Assembly (NCBI GenBank): GCA_964604315.1
Contig: CAZRYK010000002.1
Location: 267 to 64,266 of the forward strand
Origin: an uncultured Gammaproteobacteria bacterium
GTDB lineage: Bacteria > Patescibacteriota > Patescibacteriia > JACPL01 > CAZRYK01
Direction of reading: 5' to 3'
Length of the DNA stretch: 64,000 nt
Of the stretch, positions 57,417-64,000 are shown in pieces (positions within the stretch are counted from its first letter, which is position 1; every line of letters starts with the position of its first letter). The notes below the pieces were generated by a model, which saw nothing but the letters and a program-made list of their open reading frames with translations, was not told the DNA's origin and ran no database searches. Position numbers and translations under genes: made by a program.

Positions 57417-59206
57417 TGATTCCATTCCCAGTGACGCGACGTTTCAATATACCAATCGCCGATGGTCGAGAACCGATCGGACAAAATATTAATCGACCCG
57501 CCATCGATCCCTTTCACCTCGTTGTGAACAGGGTAGGTGTACGTTGGATTATAAAGGAAGATTGCCGGAAGTTCGTCAGCCAAAATATTTTGGAAGTGCA
57601 GGTACTTTAATTGGCGTTGTTCCGCGTTGTCGGTTTGGCGTGCTTCTTCCAACAACTGATCGACTTGCTTGTTGAAAAACACGGCCAAGTTCAACCCCGG
57701 GTCGCGGTTCTGCGACGAATGCCAGAATGGGTAGGGGTCCGGGTCGGCGCCGACAATTTCTCCAAACAGTAACGCTTCATACTGGCGCGGGGCAATGACC
57801 TTTTTTTGAATATCCTTTGCCGAATAGATTTTTAATTCCACGCGCACGCCGACAGCTTCCCAATATTTTTTAATAAGTTCCACGGACGACACATATTCTT
57901 CTTGATCCAAAGTAGATAAAGAAAGCGCAAGTTCCACACCATCTTTTTGCCGCACCGGTTGCGCCGGTGGTTCGCTTCCTTTAGCAACGGCCGGAAACAC
58001 CCAACCTTTATCGTTCAAGAAATTACTAGCAAGCGTGGGGTCGTAGTTGTATTTGCGTACCTCTGGGTTATAACCAATCGAGCCGGGTAAAATAGGCGCA
58101 TGGATAATCTGACCCTCATGGTTCAGCGCTTGGTTAAGGATCTCTTCTTTGTTAATGGCCAGGGCTAAAGCCTCGCGCACCTCGGCGTTTTTGAGCAAGG
58201 AGTTGGTTTGGTTAAAAAAGATGGCGGTATATTGCGGCAGGCTGAAGGTATGGAAGTTCACGTCCGAACGTTGTTCTTCAATGGCCGCGCGGTTCGACGC
58301 TGAAATAAAACTTAAACCTTCAATATTTTTGTCTTGCAGAGCCATAACCGCGGTGTCGAGGTCGGGGTAAAATTTGAGCGTGAGTTCTTCAATATGCGGT
58401 TTGGCGCCATAGTATTGTGCATGCGGTATTAACGTGACGGATTTAATAAAACCCGATGGGTCTTTTTTTAACTCTTTGAACGCATACGGGCCAGAGCCAA
58501 TGGGCTTAAGGTTTAATTCCACCAGCCGGGCGTTTTCTGGCAAAACGTCTATCCACAAATATTCCGGCAAAATGCCGAACGTGAGGTTGTTCAAAAACGG
58601 GGCGTAGGGTTCTTTAAGCGTAAAGCTGATGGTAAAATCGTCCACGCGTTGAACATCGACTTCGGAAAAATTGCTGCGCAACGGGCTTGCGTATAACGGA
58701 TCTTGAATGAGCCCAACGGTAAAAAGGACATCGTCTGCGGTGAGTTGCTGCGGTTCGCTATCGTCGCTCATGCGGTGGAAGAAAACTCCTTGACGCATTT
58801 TAATGGTATACGTTTTTTTGTCTTCGGAAATGGTATGGCTTTCGGCAATGTCGGGTGTTAAGCCTTCTTGCGCATCTTCTTCAAACAGCCGTGAGTACAC
58901 CAACGTGACCATGTCTTGGTCTGCATCGTTGGTTGCGGCATAGAGCGGGTTCATCCACTTGGGCGTGCCAATAATGCCTTCGGTGTATTTTCCGCCATCG
59001 GCCGGAGTGTAAGTAATATGGCCTTGGTACGCGCGAACCAGAGTTGCGCCAAGCGAAAGCAGGAACACCGCAAAAAACACTCGGAACAGTAAGCGCTCCT
59101 TCTTGGAAAGATAATCGTTCACATAGCGGATTTGTTGAAGGCGGGGTATGCGGCGACTGCGTTGGTGTTGGGGGGTGAGAATGCGAGAATGATTATTGAT
59201 TTGCAC
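57413..59206 (-). CDS. Family 5 (oligopeptide-type) ABC substrate-binding protein
   Basis: TADDV.FT, PIGSGPY, VREALALAINK, WHSSQ. Confidence 0.92.
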   Translation of the reverse strand: MQINNHSRILTPQHQRSRRIPRLQQIRYVNDYLSKKERLLFRVFFAVFLLSLGATLVRAYQGHITYTPADGGKYTEGIIGTPKWMNPLYAATNDADQDMVTLVYSRLFEEDAQEGLTPDIAESHTISEDKKTYTIKMRQGVFFHRMSDDSEPQQLTADDVLFTVGLIQDPLYASPLRSNFSEVDVQRVDDFTISFTLKEPYAPFLNNLTFGILPEYLWIDVLPENARLVELNLKPIGSGPYAFKELKKDPSGFIKSVTLIPHAQYYGAKPHIEELTLKFYPDLDTAVMALQDKNIEGLSFISASNRAAIEEQRSDVNFHTFSLPQYTAIFFNQTNSLLKNAEVREALALAINKEEILNQALNHEGQIIHAPILPGSIGYNPEVRKYNYDPTLASNFLNDKGWVFPAVAKGSEPPAQPVRQKDGVELALSLSTLDQEEYVSSVELIKKYWEAVGVRVELKIYSAKDIQKKVIAPRQYEALLFGEIVGADPDPYPFWHSSQNRDPGLNLAVFFNKQVDQLLEEARQTDNAEQRQLKYLHFQNILADELPAIFLYNPTYTYPVHNEVKGIDGGSINILSDRFSTIGDWYIETSRHWEWNQ

Positions 59207-59253
59207 AAAGTTGACGATACTATCCTGCCATAGCGCAGGGACAATATCTTAAT

Positions 59254-59469
59254 TTAGAAGAAAAGATCGACGAAAGAGCTACCGAGGAAAACGATGGCAA
59301 GGACAATCGTTGCCAAAAAGATGGTGCGTTCTGCGCCGCGGCGGACGTTATAGGTATTGCCGGTTCCGCCAAAGGCCGCGCCTAAGCCCGAGCCGCGGTT
59401 TTGGAGCAGAATGGCGCCAACAAGCAAAACGGCCGAGACGATCTCTATAATATTGAGGGTAAGTTGCAT
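59254..59469 (-). CDS. secG: Preprotein translocase subunit SecG
   Basis: ILLQNRGSGLGAAFGG...RRGAE. Confidence 0.95.
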   Translation of the reverse strand: MQLTLNIIEIVSAVLLVGAILLQNRGSGLGAAFGGTGNTYNVRRGAERTIFLATIVLAIVFLGSSFVDLFF

Positions 59470-59554
59470 AGTTTCAGTAAGTTCGAGAAAACGAATCGAT
59501 CGTTATGCTACCATATTTCCCCGCAAGCGTCAATCGCACGGCCAGCGATGTACC

Positions 59555-59588
59555 GGATCCGACCCTGGCACGTATTTGGGTCGGATCC
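59555..59588. repeat. REP family A variant
   Basis: GGATCCGACCC-N12-GGGTCGGATCC followed by TGATT, as at 12369. Confidence 0.85.
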
Positions 59589-59688
59589 TGATTGCTGGTT
59601 TATTCTTCAATTGCCCCCGGGGCAACATTTGAAAAAAATGCACATAGGTATATAATTCCTTCAGATTATACTTCTTTGTAATCACTGC

Positions 59689-60480
59689 ATGTCTCGTCTT
59701 CAACTTCAAACACAGGTCAAGCCTGCCACGCGTATTGCGCAAGGAATAAATATCATCACTAGAGGGGTAGCAGGGCTTTCTATTCCGCTTGTTGCCCAAG
59801 CATCGCTTGCGCCAGCTTCAATAGCGATGGCGACGCGCTTCGCGTACGTTTTACAAGTATTTGCGATTCTGCTGTTTCTCGCCTCTCTTTTTCTTCTTAT
59901 TCGGATCATCATCAAAAGAAACGGTCTCGTTAAAAAGGTTCATCGCTCCTGGGTGATTGTCATGGTCGCTGCATTCATAGGATCGCTTCTTTTTTATGGA
60001 ATACCTATGACGGATTTCTATTGGAATTTGTTTGAAAAGATTTATCTCGATAGGAGTGAGCAAAGGAATCAAGAAGAGACACAAACGCAGAAAATAAATC
60101 TTGAACAAATGTCAAAAAATATTCCAGAAGGTTGGAATTATGCTATTGATGACACAGATGTGGTAGATTATTGTGATCAAAAAGCGAGTTTCTCTGTTCA
60201 GTTTCGATATCCAAAGATAGAATGCACAACACAGGAAAAATCTGGCCCATGGACTCATCACCCCCTATTCACGCTCTACTATTACGACAAGTTTAGCGCG
60301 CAAGATTGGGAGAAACATAATGATTGCGCCAAAAATTTGCGCAAGTTCCCAATCGCGGCTGCCGCGCCAATACCATTTGCGGAATCCGATGAATACACAA
60401 TCATGTCGTATTCGGGCAACCCTTGTTCAGAAAAAGATACCTCTGAAATCGAAGAGTATCTTCAAAAATATTACCAGTGA
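59689..60480 (+). CDS. Hypothetical membrane protein with Cys-containing soluble domain
   Basis: Two TM helices then a soluble domain; start uncertain. Confidence 0.6.
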   Translation: MSRLQLQTQVKPATRIAQGINIITRGVAGLSIPLVAQASLAPASIAMATRFAYVLQVFAILLFLASLFLLIRIIIKRNGLVKKVHRSWVIVMVAAFIGSLLFYGIPMTDFYWNLFEKIYLDRSEQRNQEETQTQKINLEQMSKNIPEGWNYAIDDTDVVDYCDQKASFSVQFRYPKIECTTQEKSGPWTHHPLFTLYYYDKFSAQDWEKHNDCAKNLRKFPIAAAAPIPFAESDEYTIMSYSGNPCSEKDTSEIEEYLQKYYQ

Positions 60481-60563
60481 AGCGAGATGTTCGAAACCGA
60501 GTTTCGAACAAAGAAACAACGGTTGGCCGGGCTCCCTCCCGCTATTTGATGATCGCTTGTGTT

Positions 60564-60589
60564 TGTGCCAAGCTAAGCTTAGAACAAGA
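60564..60589 (+). repeat. 26-bp direct repeat (second copy 61765-61790)
   Basis: TGTGCCAAGCTAAGCTTAGAACAAGA, identical in both places. Confidence 0.9.
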
Positions 60590-60674
60590 CTCGGGTCAGT
60601 TGTAAGTAATAAGGGTTAAGGGGTAAGTATTTTCTCCTATCTCACGTATCTTATCCCTTAAACCTTACTGCCCG

Positions 60675-60703
60675 TTGACAAAGGAAATTATATAGTATAT
60701 AAT
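60675..60703 (+). promoter_or_regulatory. Consensus sigma70 promoter
   Basis: TTGACA-N17-TATAAT. Confidence 0.8.
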
Positions 60704-60722
60704 TCATACTATATTATATACT

Positions 60723-61487
60723 ATGAAATCTGATACCTTACAGTGCTTAAAAGGCCTGATTCAAGAAACGCCAGGAATCCGGCCGAAAGACATTCTCCAA
60801 CATTTTAGCTTTCAGCCAACGGGTATTTTTAAGCATCTCAAGCATCTACAGACAGAGCGCGTGATTTATAAAATTGGCAGACCGCCAGAAGTACGATACT
60901 ATACCTATGCCTCTATGGAAAATGTTTCTCATCTGCTTAACAACGCCATCAATTGGGCAATGTCTGGAGACGAACGTTGGGCGCCGCCCGACGCGCTTTC
61001 CTCTACACGAGACGTGTTTCAGGCGCGGGCTGACCATCTTGTGTATGAGCTTCAACAGCGTCTGAATAATCAAGATGTTGCCTTTTTGATTGTTGCTGTC
61101 GTGGGAGAAATTGGGAACAATTCGTTCGATCACAACCTTGGTCATTGGCGTGATACAACGGGGGTTTATTTTCACAACGATAGCGCCACACGCGAAATCG
61201 TCTTGGCAGACCGTGGCCAAGGTGTTTTTGCGACGATTAAACGCGTTAAGCCAGAGGTAAAAAACGATGCCGATGCGCTACGTGTCGCGTTTACAGAAAG
61301 AATCTCTGGCCGCGCGCCAGAAAAACGCGGGAATGGTTTAAAGTTCGTTAAAAAGGTCATCACCGAACAGAGTCTTTGTTTGCATTATTATACGGGTGAC
61401 GCGATGGCGGAAATTTCAGCATCAAAATTCACCATCAAGCCATCACCCATTAACGTTCCCGGAACAGTTGCTTATCTTAAATTTTAA
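60723..61487 (+). CDS. HTH plus HATPase_c (GHKL) domain protein
   Basis: N-terminal wHTH; EIGNNSFDH, DRGQG, RGNGL, PGT. Confidence 0.8.
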   Translation: MKSDTLQCLKGLIQETPGIRPKDILQHFSFQPTGIFKHLKHLQTERVIYKIGRPPEVRYYTYASMENVSHLLNNAINWAMSGDERWAPPDALSSTRDVFQARADHLVYELQQRLNNQDVAFLIVAVVGEIGNNSFDHNLGHWRDTTGVYFHNDSATREIVLADRGQGVFATIKRVKPEVKNDADALRVAFTERISGRAPEKRGNGLKFVKKVITEQSLCLHYYTGDAMAEISASKFTIKPSPINVPGTVAYLKF

Positions 61488-61489
61488 TT

Positions 61490-61777
61490 ATGAAAATTGA
61501 ACTCAAAAAATTCGGCACCATGCTTACTTCGCGCCCGGCGGGTAAGGAAGCTTATCTCGCGGCGAAAGCCTACAGTTTGCCGAAAGAAAAAAATGAAGTG
61601 ATTGAAGTGGATTTTTCTGGGGTCGATGTCTTGGCGCCTTCTTGGGCCGACGAATTTTTAACGCCACTTTTTTCCGAATATCCCGGAAGGGTTATACTGT
61701 TGTCGTTCAAAAACGCGACGGTAAAGGCAACCTTAGAGGTCATCGGTCTTCCTAAGACGCTACCTGTGCCAAGCTAA
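61490..61777 (+). CDS. STAS-like (DUF4325) protein
   Basis: L.SRPAG, VDFSGV...SWADE. Confidence 0.8.
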   Translation: MKIELKKFGTMLTSRPAGKEAYLAAKAYSLPKEKNEVIEVDFSGVDVLAPSWADEFLTPLFSEYPGRVILLSFKNATVKATLEVIGLPKTLPVPS

Positions 61778-61860
61778 GCTTAGAACAAGATAAAGTCCTC
61801 ATGTTCTCTGATCGCTGAATTTTTGTTTCCTCCCTTTGCTCTATGGTATGATGACGTCCT

Positions 61861-63930
61861 ATGACTTTTTTGAGTGAACTCAATCCTAAACAACAAGAGG
61901 CGGTGAAGGCAACGGACGGGCCGGTTTTGATTCTTGCCGGCGCGGGCTCGGGCAAAACGCGCACCATTGTGTACCGCATTGCGTATTTGATTTCAGGCAA
62001 AAAAATCAAGCCGTGGAATATTCTGGCCGTGACCTTTACCAACAAAGCGGCGCAAGAAATGAAACAGCGGGTTGTGCAATTACTTTCGCGCATGAACTTT
62101 CCCCGCGACGTCTTGCCGTTTATGGGAACGTTCCATGCCATATGTGTGCAAATCTTGCGTCGGGAAATTGAGCTTTTGGGGTATAAGCGCCATTTTGCTA
62201 TTTATGATACGTCAGACCAAGAAGCGTTGGTGAAAGAATCCATGTGGTCGTTGGGCGTGAACCCCAAAGACCTTGCTCCGCGCACTTTGCTTTACCAAAT
62301 ATCGAATGCCAAGAACAAAATGTTGATGCCGAGCCAGATGACGAACGAAACCGATAGTCCGTTGTTTGAAACCGTGGTGAATGTGTATAAGGAATATCAA
62401 AAGCGGTTGAAGAACAATAACGCGTTGGATTTTGACGACCTTATTATGATGACGGTGCAGATTTTTGAAAAATATCCGGAGGTGCTGGCAAAATACCAAA
62501 AACAATTTCAGTACATTTTGGTGGATGAATACCAAGACACCAACCATGCGCAATATGAATTGATCCGATTACTCGCGTTGGCGCATCATAATTTGTGTGT
62601 TGTGGGCGATGATTTTCAAGGCATTTATTCGTGGCGTGGCGCATCCATTCAGAACATTTTAGATTTTGAAAAAGATTACCCGGAAGCGCAGGTGGTGTTG
62701 CTGGAACAGAATTATCGCTCCACGCATACCATTGTCACGGCGGGGAATACGATCATCGCCGCGAACACCATGCAAAAAAAGAAAAAATTGTGGACCGAAA
62801 ATCCGCCCGGCGAAAAAATTCACGTTGTGGAGGTGTATGACGAACGCAAAGAAGGGGAATATGTTGCCCAGCGCGTTTTGGGTTTAAAGCAAAGCCAACA
62901 AATTTTGGAAGATCTTTCGGATGATGATGTTGTCTATGAAGCCGACGAGCAAACCAACAGTATTTTGGATCGCGTCATGCAAAATCCGCGGTTCCGGAAG
63001 AGCCACCAAAAAGAAAAAAAGCGTTTTGTGAACCACGATATTGATTTTCAGCGATTTGCGATTTTGTACCGCACCAACGCCCAGTCGCGCGCGATTGAAG
63101 AAGTGTTTTTGCATTACAGCATTCCGTATGAAATCATTGGCGGGTTGAAGTTTTATGAGCGCAGAGAAATCAAAGACGTGTTGGCTTATGTGCGGGCGAT
63201 AGCGAACCCCGAAGACCGTTTAAGTGTGCGACGGATTATAAACGTTCCGGCGCGCGGCATTGGCGACAAAACGTGGGAAGGACTTTTTCAGCATGCGGAA
63301 AAACACGGAAAGTCGATTGTAGATGCAAGTTTAGAAGCCGGGGCTATTGCCGTATTAACCGAGCGCGCGGCCAAAGCTGTGGAAGGTTTTGGCGAGCTCA
63401 TGCAAGACATTGCGGTTAACGGCGAGGGTTTATTGCCCAGTGAGATTATTGATTTCATTTCCAAACGCACCGGGTACAAAGAAACGATTTTAGATGGCAC
63501 GACCGAGGGCGAATCGCGGTGGGAAAATATTCAAGAGTTAAAAACAGTGGCGCAAAAGTACGATTCACAAAAAGGGTTCGAGGGCATTCGCGCGTTTTTG
63601 GAAGAAGTCGCCCTGCTGTCCGACATTGATACCAAGCGCGATGATCGCAATCAAGTGACCATGATGACGGTGCATGCGGCCAAAGGGTTAGAGTTTCCCG
63701 AAGTGTTTTTGGTGGGCATGGAAGAAGGCATTTTCCCGCATGCGCAGAGCATGTTTGACCCACGAGAACTAGAAGAAGAGCGGCGATTAGCATATGTGGC
63801 GATTACCCGCGCGCAAAAAAAATTGCACATTACTCACGCGGCGCAACGCACCATGTTTGGTTCCACGCAAATAAACGCCCCATCACGCTTCATTGACGAA
63901 CTGCCAGTTGATCTTATTGAGCGGGTATAA
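61861..63930 (+). CDS. pcrA: ATP-dependent DNA helicase PcrA/UvrD
   Basis: AGAGSGKT, TFTNKAA, DEYQDTN, QNYRS, HAAKGLEF, EERRL.YVA.TRA. Confidence 0.96.
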   Translation: MTFLSELNPKQQEAVKATDGPVLILAGAGSGKTRTIVYRIAYLISGKKIKPWNILAVTFTNKAAQEMKQRVVQLLSRMNFPRDVLPFMGTFHAICVQILRREIELLGYKRHFAIYDTSDQEALVKESMWSLGVNPKDLAPRTLLYQISNAKNKMLMPSQMTNETDSPLFETVVNVYKEYQKRLKNNNALDFDDLIMMTVQIFEKYPEVLAKYQKQFQYILVDEYQDTNHAQYELIRLLALAHHNLCVVGDDFQGIYSWRGASIQNILDFEKDYPEAQVVLLEQNYRSTHTIVTAGNTIIAANTMQKKKKLWTENPPGEKIHVVEVYDERKEGEYVAQRVLGLKQSQQILEDLSDDDVVYEADEQTNSILDRVMQNPRFRKSHQKEKKRFVNHDIDFQRFAILYRTNAQSRAIEEVFLHYSIPYEIIGGLKFYERREIKDVLAYVRAIANPEDRLSVRRIINVPARGIGDKTWEGLFQHAEKHGKSIVDASLEAGAIAVLTERAAKAVEGFGELMQDIAVNGEGLLPSEIIDFISKRTGYKETILDGTTEGESRWENIQELKTVAQKYDSQKGFEGIRAFLEEVALLSDIDTKRDDRNQVTMMTVHAAKGLEFPEVFLVGMEEGIFPHAQSMFDPRELEEERRLAYVAITRAQKKLHITHAAQRTMFGSTQINAPSRFIDELPVDLIERV

Positions 63931-64000
63931 CTCGACATTTTTAAGGTAGACAAATAAGATTTTTGAGCTTTCTGTCCTTTGTCGGGCACAGCAGTTCTCG

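Noticed and set aside
1-64000. Alternative genetic code (UGA=Gly), prophage, retron or DGR
   Set aside because: Core genes translate full length in code 11 and some end in TGA; no phage structural, integrase or reverse transcriptase gene was seen.

Overview
This is the origin-of-replication region of a bacterial chromosome, read in standard genetic code 11. It is probably a Patescibacteria/CPR genome; that is inferred from five TrmB-like regulators, an FG-GAP surface protein, tRNA genes without encoded CCA and few Shine-Dalgarno sites. Core genes are tyrS, a class A PBP, DciA/DUF721, dnaN, dnaA, rpmH-rnpA-yidD-yidC, trxA/trxB, gdhA, yraN, nusA, hppA, tig, suhB, rnj, secG and pcrA. There is a bipartite oriC with DnaA boxes and DnaA-trios, a parS cluster, and six tRNA genes, one of which (tRNA-Leu UAA) carries a group I intron. 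The accessory layer is dense. It includes a REP-associated tyrosine transposase (RAYT) with cognate REPs and further REP-like families, cassettes stacked behind copies of the yraN 3' end, tiny palindromes inserted into parS sites, inverted heptamer-repeat elements, two MITE-like elements and two candidate structured RNAs. It also holds a PlsC-PlsC-CoA-ligase operon and two TrmB-linked NitT/TauT ABC systems, one with an ATPase-binding-protein fusion and a T15 tract. All calls come from reading motifs by eye; no searches were run.
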